45,223 nucleotides of DNA, taken from assembly GCA_001871415.1 (NCBI GenBank), contig MNWW01000042.1, positions 1 through 45,223 of the forward strand. The letters run 5' to 3'. The notes under the pieces were generated by a model, which was not told the origin of the DNA, made no database searches, and was given only the letters and a program-made list of their open reading frames with translations. The DNA comes from Candidatus Woesearchaeota archaeon CG1_02_57_44. GTDB taxonomy: Archaea; Nanobdellota; Nanobdellia; Woesearchaeales; CG1-02-57-44. Shown here in pieces: positions 7,490-15,937 of the stretch. How positions within the stretch are numbered: the stretch's first letter is position 1; each line of letters opens with the position of its first letter. The position numbers and the translations under genes are program-made.

Positions 7490-8859
7490 GCAAGCCAGTC
7501 ATCGCGGTGCCCTATTTTCCCGGCTCAAACGGGGACACCGATGTGATCCGGGAGGTCGGGCGCGCCGGCATGGCCGCGCTTCCGCTCTACTTCCACATCG
7601 GCGATGAGCAGCGCCTGCGGGACAACGGTCAGGCGCTGCGCGAGGCAGACGGCGCCGCGCTTCCCGGAGGCTTTCCCTATGAGGACCGGCTCGGCTTCGG
7701 CCGGATCCCTGCGAGCATCCCTGACTTCGCTGATAACCTGCGCGCTCTCGTCGCTGCTGGCAAGCCGGTCATCGCATTCTGCGCAGGCAACCAGCTCGCG
7801 CAGGAGATGGGTCTCGCCTTTGAGCCTGGCGAGCCCTATCGCGCTTCCATGCTCGGCAATATCTGCGACACGGGCGGGCGCATGGTGCGCAGCAACTTTC
7901 TCGACGCTGAGGTCCACGTCCGCCTGGAGGCTGATCCGGAGCGATGCGCATTCACGCGATTATTCACGCCAGGAGAGGTCCTCCCCAATATCATCGACCA
8001 TGGCGGCGGCAGGTTCTGGACAGACCCTGCGACGCTGGAGCATCTGGTGACGCAGGGCATGGTCGTCACGCGCTACTGCGACCGCGCAGGCAATGTCGTC
8101 GACGACTATCCAATCAATCCCAACGGATCGATGCTCAACATCGAATCCCTCACCAACAGGCGCGGCAACCTCAAGTTGGGCATGTGCCATGATGAGCGGC
8201 ATCTCAACGCGCTTGAAGCCGGACGGGCGCAGCTGGTCTTCGCCTCCATGCGCGAGTACATTGAGGACGGCTGCCCTGATCTCTCAGGGTCCGCAATGTC
8301 TCTGGTAATCCCCCTTCAGACAAAGGACTTTGGCTATCTCACCCATGGGATGGACCCTTTTCGCACGCTCGCCATCTACGTACAGCTGCTCACGCAGGAC
8401 AATGAGCTCAACACGGCACGGCTGTTCCTCGGCGGCTCCTGTCCGCTGGAGCATCGTCGGGTCCTGCTCCTGGAGATGAATCCCGGATACGAGGGAACAG
8501 GCCACGCGCAGGAGGCGATGCGGCAGCTCGCGGGCATGGACTTCCTCGATGGCATCATGCTCAAGAAAGACCTGCCCACGATGGTATCGCCTTCAGGAGA
8601 GATCTTCACCTACAAAGTCCTTCGTACCGAAGGCAAGACCGTTGTCAGGGATTTCGTGCCGCAAGATGGCATTGTTACTGGCTATCCGGTCATGCATCGG
8701 CAAGTGGCCCAGCTCAATCCTGCAGGCTATGGTGTTCGCCAGATGATGCGGCTCAATGATTACCTATCGAAGGCTGTCGCGCATGTGCAGGCAGGGGCTG
8801 CCTGGTTCTTCCCGGACGATGCTGTGAAGGGTCATGCGGTTAGGACGCTCATCGGATAA
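7486..8859 (+). CDS. purQ: PurQ glutamine amidotransferase with C-terminal extension (probable PurS-like fusion)
   Basis: FPGSN, LPGGFPYED, FCAGNQ (catalytic Cys), NPNGS, MCHDER (His/Glu). ATGA overlap with the purL stop; about 190 extra C-terminal residues. Confidence 0.85.
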   Translation: MSKPVIAVPYFPGSNGDTDVIREVGRAGMAALPLYFHIGDEQRLRDNGQALREADGAALPGGFPYEDRLGFGRIPASIPDFADNLRALVAAGKPVIAFCAGNQLAQEMGLAFEPGEPYRASMLGNICDTGGRMVRSNFLDAEVHVRLEADPERCAFTRLFTPGEVLPNIIDHGGGRFWTDPATLEHLVTQGMVVTRYCDRAGNVVDDYPINPNGSMLNIESLTNRRGNLKLGMCHDERHLNALEAGRAQLVFASMREYIEDGCPDLSGSAMSLVIPLQTKDFGYLTHGMDPFRTLAIYVQLLTQDNELNTARLFLGGSCPLEHRRVLLLEMNPGYEGTGHAQEAMRQLAGMDFLDGIMLKKDLPTMVSPSGEIFTYKVLRTEGKTVVRDFVPQDGIVTGYPVMHRQVAQLNPAGYGVRQMMRLNDYLSKAVAHVQAGAAWFFPDDAVKGHAVRTLIG

Positions 8860-8881
8860 GCGGCATACTGGGCCTGGTCGC

Positions 8882-9364
8882 TCAGAACTCCTTACTCCTC
8901 GCCAACGTGTCCATGTCGTCAGCGGTCACTTCCCCGACCTCGTCGAACATGGATTGGAGCCCCATATTCAGGGACTCTGGATCAGCTATCCTGCTGTGCA
9001 TGTGGGGGTTGATGATCCACTTCTCCGCAGGGCTGGAAGGATTGACAAAGATGAGCTGCAGGTCTTTTCGCTTCGCGAACGCGGGCCAGTTCGTCTGCAG
9101 GTGCTTGAGATTATCCTTCGTGTTCGGCACCACCAGGATGACGCGATCAGGGGTGCTCGTGGGCGCCTTGCTGGATCCTTCCTTTGTGGGGCCGGCTGCT
9201 GTCAGATCAAGCCTCTCCTGCGCAATATAGTGCCATGTACCATCGCTTCTGGTCACTATCAAGGTATCTTCGTCCTGGCCGATGTTCTGCACCTTGCGGT
9301 CAAGCAGGTTCCTATGCCGGACAAACCGCTCTGCCCAGGACGTCAAAAGCGCTGTAATAGACAT
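8882..9364 (-). CDS. Hypothetical protein
   Basis: 160-aa ORF with protein-like composition filling the gap between genes; TTTATA upstream. Confidence 0.7.
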   Translation of the reverse strand: MSITALLTSWAERFVRHRNLLDRKVQNIGQDEDTLIVTRSDGTWHYIAQERLDLTAAGPTKEGSSKAPTSTPDRVILVVPNTKDNLKHLQTNWPAFAKRKDLQLIFVNPSSPAEKWIINPHMHSRIADPESLNMGLQSMFDEVGEVTADDMDTLARSKEF

Positions 9365-9407
9365 GAAAAGAAAAAAGAAAGAAAGAGGTATAAATCCTTT
9401 GCTACGG

Positions 9408-9761
9408 TCACTCGTCAGCAGCCAGCGCCATCACGGCCTTGAGGGCCACGATGATGACCGCCGGGACCACGAAGGTCATGAGGCCGCCGAAGATGCCGAC
9501 AATGTATGTGCCGACCACGGGGACGGCCGCCAGGTTCGCGGCGCCCATGGAGGTCACGATGACCAGGGACACGCCCGCGAGCAGGAACATCTGCGTCTCT
9601 TTGCCGGTCACGTTCAGGAGCCCTACAATCAAGCCCAAGATGACGAGGGTCGAAACGACCGCGGTGCTCATGCTGCCCAGCAGCCCTGCGACGATGGCGA
9701 TGAGAGCGCCAATCACAAAGGCCCATCTTCCTATCTTACTACTGTTGTCACTTTTTGCCAT
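9408..9761 (-). CDS. Small multi-TM membrane protein
   Basis: 117 aa, strongly hydrophobic (3-4 TM). GGGGGT SD and TTTAAA upstream; T-rich tract downstream. Confidence 0.8.
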   Translation of the reverse strand: MAKSDNSSKIGRWAFVIGALIAIVAGLLGSMSTAVVSTLVILGLIVGLLNVTGKETQMFLLAGVSLVIVTSMGAANLAAVPVVGTYIVGIFGGLMTFVVPAVIIVALKAVMALAADE

Positions 9762-9845
9762 GGTATTACCCCCCTATGGTTTTTACAGTATCTTGAGCAG
9801 TATGACGAAAAAAGAATTTAAAAACTTATAGGAAGTGTTTATAAA

Positions 9846-10151
9846 CTAATCTTCGGAGGGGTGTTCAGTCATATCGACCTGCTCCTGGCCGTCGTCCTCT
9901 CGGGTGCTGGGCACAGCGGCTTTATTTATTATCATGATATCGCCGATGGACTGCACGAGCTGATGCGGGACGATGACACCCTTGGCATTCTGGATGACGC
10001 GGGTCAGATAGCTCCCCCTGGTCGCCTTGATGCGCCAGCCGGTCACTTTGGTGGCAGTGACCATCGCCTCGTCCACGTCGCCGAAATAAGCGCCCTGGTC
10101 TGTAAACACCTTCATGTCGTAGGTCTCAGAAATGTTTTTCATTTGCAGCAT
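9846..10151 (-). CDS. PRC-barrel domain protein
   Basis: YDMKVFTDQGAYFGDVDE...VIVPHQLVQSIGDIMII pattern; GGAGGT SD. Confidence 0.85.
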   Translation of the reverse strand: MLQMKNISETYDMKVFTDQGAYFGDVDEAMVTATKVTGWRIKATRGSYLTRVIQNAKGVIVPHQLVQSIGDIMIINKAAVPSTREDDGQEQVDMTEHPSED

Positions 10152-10262
10152 TGGTATCTACCTCCGAATACTCACAAGGGTCTGGGCTTTATATTTTTTT
10201 TGGCAGTGCAGGAGCGGTGCGCTGCCAGGTGCTTATATTGGGTTATAAGTCTTATATAGCTT

Positions 10263-10472
10263 TCAAGCGCCTGATGCGGGCTTTTTCATGGCCTTGTTCG
10301 GTCCTGTGGATTGCTGGGGCAGCCGCTGTACGAAGATTCCGGCTGCGGAGAAGAGCACCGCGTCCAGGGCCAAGAACGCCACCAGCTCCCCCAGATGATT
10401 GAGCAGGGCTGCTATGGTCATAAGACAGAAGCACACGCTGGCGGTGAACAGCAGATTCGCGAACATCCTCAT
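10263..10472 (-). CDS. Small 2-TM hypothetical protein
   Basis: ATGA overlap with the stop of the presenilin gene; two hydrophobic segments and a basic tail. Confidence 0.55.
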   Translation of the reverse strand: MRMFANLLFTASVCFCLMTIAALLNHLGELVAFLALDAVLFSAAGIFVQRLPQQSTGPNKAMKKPASGA

Positions 10473-11368
10473 GCCAGGGTCCCCACAGCGGTAAGGGCTG
10501 TTCCTATGGCGAGGCCGAGCAGGCAACCCAGGGTTATCGCGGGCATGGCAGGATAGAACTTGCCGCTCTGGCCTTTGGTCAGCAGGATAAGCAGGCCTGC
10601 GGCTGCCATCACGCTGCAGAGCAGGGCAGTCAGAAGGTTGAATTGGAACATGACCGTCCCGGAGAAAATGAGCGAGAAGCCGATATCGCCACCGCCAAGG
10701 ATGGCGGTCCCCTCGCCTTTCGGCGCTTTGGTGCCTAATGGCTTCATCGCGGGCTGTAGCTTCTGGCCCTTGTAGGGCAGGGCCAGCCCCGCGAAGGTCG
10801 AGGCGTTGCTCTGCATCTTGGCCAGCTTGACCATGTGACCTGAATGGTTGACTGCCCAGAAGTCATAGATAGATATGAGGATGAGCAGGGCAGCGGCGTA
10901 CTGGACTGACAGCAAGGGAACGAATATCGCTGCCAGTCCGCCATACATGAATACCTCGGTCAGGTTATGGACGATGGTCGATGGTTTATAGACCTTGAGG
11001 AAGGCAAGCAGGGCTGCAAGGGCAGTGAGGATACTGCCTGGTAGGGGAAAGAGGCCGATGAATGAGACGCTCAAGGCGAGCCAGATGGCTAGTGCAAACC
11101 AGAGCTTCCAGGCGATGGGCTTGCGAAAGCGCATGAGCCAGAGCGCAAGCAACGTGCCGATGATGACTCCCACGATAATGAAGATGACTGATTCTCCCGG
11201 CGTCGCGTCCGGGCGCTCCAGGCCCATTGGCAGATCCGAGAATACAGGCTTGCCGGCGGCAGCTGACGCAGCAGGCTGCCAGTAGGAGCGCAGCACAACG
11301 AGACCCACGAGATGCGCTGCGAGGAACAGTGCGATGAGGAAGAGCGTGACGCGAAGGGAATGCTTCAT
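10469..11368 (-). CDS. Presenilin/signal peptide peptidase family intramembrane aspartyl protease
   Basis: IYDFWAV (YD), ILGGGD (GxGD) and PAMP (PAL-like) motifs in a polytopic membrane protein. Confidence 0.92.
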   Translation of the reverse strand: MKHSLRVTLFLIALFLAAHLVGLVVLRSYWQPAASAAAGKPVFSDLPMGLERPDATPGESVIFIIVGVIIGTLLALWLMRFRKPIAWKLWFALAIWLALSVSFIGLFPLPGSILTALAALLAFLKVYKPSTIVHNLTEVFMYGGLAAIFVPLLSVQYAAALLILISIYDFWAVNHSGHMVKLAKMQSNASTFAGLALPYKGQKLQPAMKPLGTKAPKGEGTAILGGGDIGFSLIFSGTVMFQFNLLTALLCSVMAAAGLLILLTKGQSGKFYPAMPAITLGCLLGLAIGTALTAVGTLA

Positions 11369-11494
11369 GCGTCAGGTACCAGCAGGCATCCTATTTATAG
11401 CTATGTGTGCGCAGCCGTGAGGCCTTGCGGCTGACCTGTCCTCATCCTGTCCGCATCCGCATCTTTTTTAAGGTCCTTGCAGGTCCTCAACAGC

Positions 11495-11974
11495 ATGAAG
11501 CTCGCGCACCTGGTCAGGGTCACGGTCTTTGTCAAGCCCGAGGAGGATGATGTGGCTGTATGGCAGGCGCTGCTCGGATTGTTCCCTTTCGACCTTGCTG
11601 CGCAGAAGATCGCTGTCTCGCAGAAGACTGTCATCGGATTCGAGGAGAAGAAGATACGCATACTCACGGTCGAGCTGTCAAGGCAGAAGAACATCAATGA
11701 CTTTCTTGCCGCGCTGATGGAGCGGCTGGGGGAAGATGGCAGACGGCTGTTACTGTCACAGGCAGAGTCACGGCTGGATGAGGGCAATCACTTCTTCCTG
11801 CGGCTGCTCAAGCCAGCATTGCTGCGCGGCGAATATCAGCTTACTGACGCGGGCGACTGCTATCACATCAAGATAAGCGTCGCGGCCTATCCCGGGACCC
11901 GGGAGCAGGCGCTGGAGAGCGTGAAGGGGATTGTGGGGTTGGGGTCAGGAGTTGCTGCGGCTTCGTCTGTATGA
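11495..11974 (+). CDS. Archaeal RNA-binding domain protein (DUF54-like)
   Basis: VTVFVKPEED..., SRLDEGNHFFLRLLK, DCYHIKISVAAYP resemble the archaeal DUF54 family. Confidence 0.7.
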   Translation: MKLAHLVRVTVFVKPEEDDVAVWQALLGLFPFDLAAQKIAVSQKTVIGFEEKKIRILTVELSRQKNINDFLAALMERLGEDGRRLLLSQAESRLDEGNHFFLRLLKPALLRGEYQLTDAGDCYHIKISVAAYPGTREQALESVKGIVGLGSGVAAASSV

Positions 11975-12068
11975 TAAGACCGGACAGAGTAAGTCTGGCT
12001 GTCGGGGTCTCATAACAGGCCTGCGGCCCTGCATAAAGCTTTTATAGGTGTGAGGGTGTAAGTGTGCT

Positions 12069-12881
12069 ATGGCGGTTCCTATGTATGTTTACCTTGATGT
12101 CCCACCCATCAAGGGCCACCTCAGCAACGCGCTCAGCTATGCCATGGACGCGGAAGCTGCCGCAAGAAAGTATCCACATCATCCTGACCCCCGAGCCAGG
12201 ATACGCCATCTGCTCCTCAAGCTGCATCGGATGACAGAGTCGCAACGGCTCTTGTCCACGCTCCTGAGCGGTGTCGCGACCACCGAGCGCCATGTCCGAG
12301 GCGAGAGCGAGAAGCTGCATGCCCATATAGTCTCCCTTGCTGAGGAAGAGGAGGAACTAGAAGGGCAGCTGACTGATCATCACCAGAGCAGGGCAGCAAT
12401 GCTGGAGCTCACGGATCAGGCGCTTGCATTGGAGAAGACCTGCGGGGCTGATGAAGAAAGTCTCAAGCGGCTAGAGGAGCATTACGCACAGCTGTATCTA
12501 CGCTTCGCAGATGAGCTGGAGAGCGCTTATCGGCACGTCTCGACCATACGCCATGAACTGCCTGAGCTTGGAGCGCAGCCCGGGCAGGATCCTTCATCGC
12601 TGGCGAGCATTGATCGCGATCTGCTCTACTGCCAGAAGAATCTTGCGTCAGTCATCTCTGTCATGCATACACGGTTCTCAGGCGCCAGGCTTCGCGATAA
12701 CTTCCAGCATGCTGATGACGCTTTGCGCACAGACCTTGAGGCGATGGCAAGGGAGCTTTCTGAGTTGCGTCGTTCACTCGGCGAACCCGCTGATATCATG
12801 GGGTCCGGTGGCACTGGGCCAAAATACTTTGTCCGCCGCCTGAGAGAAGAGCGCCAGAAGCTGCGAGCAGACGCGCCCTGA
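12069..12881 (+). CDS. Hypothetical alpha-helical/coiled-coil protein (paralogue A)
   Basis: 270 aa; TTTTATA upstream; similar to the next gene. Confidence 0.75.
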   Translation: MAVPMYVYLDVPPIKGHLSNALSYAMDAEAAARKYPHHPDPRARIRHLLLKLHRMTESQRLLSTLLSGVATTERHVRGESEKLHAHIVSLAEEEEELEGQLTDHHQSRAAMLELTDQALALEKTCGADEESLKRLEEHYAQLYLRFADELESAYRHVSTIRHELPELGAQPGQDPSSLASIDRDLLYCQKNLASVISVMHTRFSGARLRDNFQHADDALRTDLEAMARELSELRRSLGEPADIMGSGGTGPKYFVRRLREERQKLRADAP

Positions 12882-12976
12882 ATATCTGTTCGTGTTCTTG
12901 GACGCTTGATTGTCTGCTCTGTTGTATGCTGTTATCATCCAAAATTTATTTATAGCCCTCTCCTGACCATACACGG

Positions 12977-13798
12977 ATGGCATCTTCTGTCTCACATCTC
13001 TCCTATGGTACACTGTTCTCGCACATCGAGACTGCTTTGCAGCATGTGCTCTATGCTGAGCGGCTCGGCAGGGAGTGCACTGGCAGCGACGAGCCCCGCG
13101 TCAGGATACGGCATCTGCTGATGCGGCTGCAACGCTTACATGAGACCTTGGAGCTTGCTGACCGGGACGCGAAGGCATCGGGCAAGACCGAGGCGCATAT
13201 CTTGGCGGAGAACCAGAAACTGCATCAGTACGTCACTGCGATAGTCGCTGAGGAAGACGAACTGGGCGGGCAGCTGGCAGACCATCACAAGAAACGCGAG
13301 GAGCTTCTCGCGTCATTGCAGGCCCTGCAGGATACTGAGCGTTCCTGCGAGCGGGAAGAGAGAGATATCAGCTACCTGCAGATACAGCACGCGAAGCTCT
13401 ACAAGCTGCTGCAGATTGAGCTTGGGGGAGCATATACACACCTCGCGCACATCCGCACGCTGTTCGCGCAGCTCGCGGCACAGGGCGGCAATGACGCACC
13501 GCTGTTGGTCCGCATCGAGACTAATCTTCGTATCATCCATGAGGAGATCGTCAGCGCTCTTGACCTGATGCAGCGGGCGCTCAGCTCTGAGGCGATAGAA
13601 GCGTCATTTGATCAGATCGACGATTCAGTGGCGGCCTATCTGAAGAACCTCGGCGATATCTGCGCGGGCATGCGCATATCGCTGCGGGAAGAGCATATGC
13701 TGTCTGATGGATTCTATCAGGATGAGATAGAGGCGGAACGTGAACGACTGGAGCAGGCGGCCGCACGCGGGCGAATATTGGCACGAAAGGCAGCGTGA
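12977..13798 (+). CDS. Hypothetical alpha-helical/coiled-coil protein (paralogue B)
   Basis: 273 aa; TTTATA upstream; shares PRxRIRHLL and EExELxGQLxDHH with paralogue A. Confidence 0.75.
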   Translation: MASSVSHLSYGTLFSHIETALQHVLYAERLGRECTGSDEPRVRIRHLLMRLQRLHETLELADRDAKASGKTEAHILAENQKLHQYVTAIVAEEDELGGQLADHHKKREELLASLQALQDTERSCEREERDISYLQIQHAKLYKLLQIELGGAYTHLAHIRTLFAQLAAQGGNDAPLLVRIETNLRIIHEEIVSALDLMQRALSSEAIEASFDQIDDSVAAYLKNLGDICAGMRISLREEHMLSDGFYQDEIEAERERLEQAAARGRILARKAA

Positions 13799-13927
13799 GC
13801 ACTGGTCTCTGCCGTAGGCGTAGCAGCTGGCGGGAGGTTGTCCTTGCTTCTGCTATCCCGCCCAGCAGGGGGCTCGTTACTCTTGCGCGCAGCAACCCTT
13901 TTATATCCGCAGTGATTCGGGAGTGCT

Positions 13928-15052
13928 ATGGCATTCACGGTCACGCCATGGGAGGTCTCTGGCGCCATCGACTATGACAAGCTCGTGGAGCAGTTCGGCG
14001 TCTCCCGGATAGGTCCTGGCCTGCTCAAGCGCATAGAGGCGCATGCAGCGAAAAAAGGCCTTCCTCTGCATCACATGCTGCGACGCAACATCTTCTTCGC
14101 GCACCGCGACCTGAAGTGGATACTGGACGAATACGAGAAAGGAAACAGATTCTTCCTCTACACTGGCCGAGGGCCTTCAGGTAGCACGCACATAGGGCAC
14201 CTCATCCCCTGGCTGTTCACCAAATGGCTGCAGGATGTCTTTGACGTCGAGCTGTATTTTCAATTGACCGACGACGAGAAGTTCCTGTTCAACCCGAAGC
14301 TTGAGCTTGAGGACACGCAACGCCTCGCCATGGAGAATGCGCTGGACGTCATCGCTGTCGGCTTCAAGCAGGGCAAGACGCATATCTTCTCCAATACGGG
14401 TTATGCCAAGACGCTGTATCCGCAGGCCTGCCGCGTGGCAAAGAAATTGACCTTCTCAACAGCGAAAGCTGTGTTCGGCTTTGGCAATGACAGCAATGTC
14501 GGCCAGATCTTCTTCACCAGCATGCAGGCCGTGCCCGCGTTCCTGCCGTCCGTGCAGGCAGGCAGGAACATCCCCTGCCTGATCCCCCACGCCATCGACC
14601 AGGACCCGCACTTTCGGGTCACGCGTGACATCATGCCGCGCATGGGATACTACAAGCCCGCGTCCGTGCAGTGCCGCTTTTTGCCGGGCCTGACTGAAGA
14701 TGGCAAGATGTCTGCCAGCAAGGCAGATACCGCTATCTACACGACAGATGACGCGAGGACCGTCAGGAAGAAAGTGCTCAAGCACGCGTTCTCGGGCGGG
14801 CAGCCCACGGTGGAGGAGCATCGCGCCAAGGGCGGCGATCCGGATATCGATGTCAGCTACCAGTGGCTCACGTTCCTTGAGGAGAATGACGCGAAGCTCA
14901 CACAGGTGTATCATGATTACAAGTCAGGGAGACTGCTCTCGGGTGAGCTCAAGCTCATGCTCGTCGAGAAGCTGAATGGTCTGCTCACAGGGCATCAGAA
15001 ACGGCGCGAGCAGGCGAGAAAGCGGCTGGATGATTTCTGGGTGAAGGACTGA
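13928..15052 (+). CDS. trpS: Tryptophanyl-tRNA synthetase (archaeal/eukaryotic type)
   Basis: VTPWEV, LYTGRGPS..HIGH, TDDEKF, DQDPHFR, KMSAS. Confidence 0.97.
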   Translation: MAFTVTPWEVSGAIDYDKLVEQFGVSRIGPGLLKRIEAHAAKKGLPLHHMLRRNIFFAHRDLKWILDEYEKGNRFFLYTGRGPSGSTHIGHLIPWLFTKWLQDVFDVELYFQLTDDEKFLFNPKLELEDTQRLAMENALDVIAVGFKQGKTHIFSNTGYAKTLYPQACRVAKKLTFSTAKAVFGFGNDSNVGQIFFTSMQAVPAFLPSVQAGRNIPCLIPHAIDQDPHFRVTRDIMPRMGYYKPASVQCRFLPGLTEDGKMSASKADTAIYTTDDARTVRKKVLKHAFSGGQPTVEEHRAKGGDPDIDVSYQWLTFLEENDAKLTQVYHDYKSGRLLSGELKLMLVEKLNGLLTGHQKRREQARKRLDDFWVKD

Positions 15053-15063
15053 TATGAAAAGTC

Positions 15064-15364
15064 GAGCCCCCCGGTAAGCCGCCTTCTGTTCTCCCCGCCA
15101 TGGGCGTCGGGACATCCTGGCATTCAACTGAGCGGCGCGAAGGCCTTGCACAGGGCCGGCGGCATGGCCGTTTCATCGCTCCCTTTGGAACGTCAGCGGG
15201 TTAGCTTGCAGACGTCGCCGAATGCGTCGCGCGCATCATCCTGCCCAAAGGACGTGTCGTTTCTTCTGCCTGCCGCACACCGTTGCCGATACCCGCTTGC
15301 GCGGGCGGCCGTTGTCTGTGGGCGGACTTTCCCCCGAGTGAACGGTCGCCAGGTCGGGGGGCTC
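15064..15364 (-). ncRNA. rnpB: RNase P RNA
   Basis: Terminal P1 GAGCCCCCCG/CGGGGGGCTC; CR-I GGGGAAAGTCCGCC; AGAAGAAAC and GATGAAACGG internal conserved regions; TGTGCAAGG; CR-V AACAGAAGGCGGCTTA; TTAAATA box about 25 nt upstream. Confidence 0.93.
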
Positions 15365-15727
15365 AAGGCGAAGAATTACTGCAGGGTATTTAAGGGTTGG
15401 GACGGAAACGAATCAGTCTTGCATGTATTGGTCGACAGAGGTTACGGTATGGAGCTTCTGTGCATGAGCATGTTCCTGCTCTACGAGGTGAGGGGTCTGC
15501 CGCCGGATTCTCCGCTGCATTTGGTCGAGCACCTCACGATGCTGCTCATCACATAAGCAGCAGGAAAGACAACGCATTATCGGCAAGAGCGCCTCGCGAT
15601 AAGGGGCGTGTTCAGCAGCTTCCTGGATTGACCTTGCCGCGCGCAAGGCAAACAGGTACAGTGGAATATCCTACTGGTCGCATTCGGGATGTTGCTACAT
15701 CATATCCTACAGAACACGCATCACCTT

Positions 15728-15755
15728 AAAAAAGAAAAAAGGCCGGAAAACCGGC
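15728..15755 (-). terminator. Hairpin plus oligo-T terminator of the two-peptide operon
   Basis: GCCGG-TTTT-CCGGC followed by CTTTTTTCTTTTTT, starting 2 nt after the stop codon at 15758. Confidence 0.8.
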
Positions 15756-15757
15756 AC

Positions 15758-15820
15758 TCAATCATCGTCTCCGTCTGAATCCGAATCGTTGTCGTCGGAA
15801 TCCCAGTCGTCGTCACTCAT
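15758..15820 (-). CDS. 20-aa Asp-rich acidic micropeptide MSDDDWDSDDNDSDSDGDDD
   Basis: ATG 15820, TGA 15758. AGGTG SD 7 nt upstream overlaps the TAG of the preceding peptide gene. Asp codons are mixed GAC/GAT. Confidence 0.72.
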   Translation of the reverse strand: MSDDDWDSDDNDSDSDGDDD

Positions 15821-15830
15821 AGCTGTACAC

Positions 15831-15905
15831 CTACTTCTTCTTAGCTGCCTTCTTGACGGTCTTCTTTGGGGCTGCTTTCTTGACTGCTTTCTTCTTTGCT
15901 GCCAT
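15831..15905 (-). CDS. 24-aa Lys/Ala-rich histone H1-tail-like micropeptide MAAKKKAVKKAAPKKTVKKAAKKK
   Basis: ATG 15905 with a perfect GAGGTGA SD 5 nt upstream; TAG 15831. Synonymous codon variation (AAG/AAA, GCA/GCC/GCT) indicates repetition at the protein level. Confidence 0.82.
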   Translation of the reverse strand: MAAKKKAVKKAAPKKTVKKAAKKK

Positions 15906-15915
15906 AGTTTTCACC

Positions 15916-15937
15916 TCACTGATATTTGATTCAGTGA
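15916..15937. promoter_or_regulatory. Inverted repeat TCACTGA-N8-TCAGTGA overlapping the SD of the basic peptide gene
   Basis: Perfect 7-bp arms read directly; overlaps the first 2 nt of GAGGTGA on the minus strand. Confidence 0.45.

Noticed and set aside
4616..8860. Genomic island integrated at tRNA-Gly
   Set aside because: No duplicated tRNA 3' end (att site) or integrase seen in the window.
13826..13866. T-box or attenuator upstream of trpS
   Set aside because: The hairpin lies upstream of the trpS TATA box, so it is not in the leader; no T-box consensus.
15146..15729. Protein-coding ORFs over and next to rnpB, including a 35-aa ORF at 15449-15556
   Set aside because: The long ones overlap the RNase P RNA or its promoter. 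The short one has only a weak GAGGT SD and no distinctive features, so it is unsupported though not excluded.
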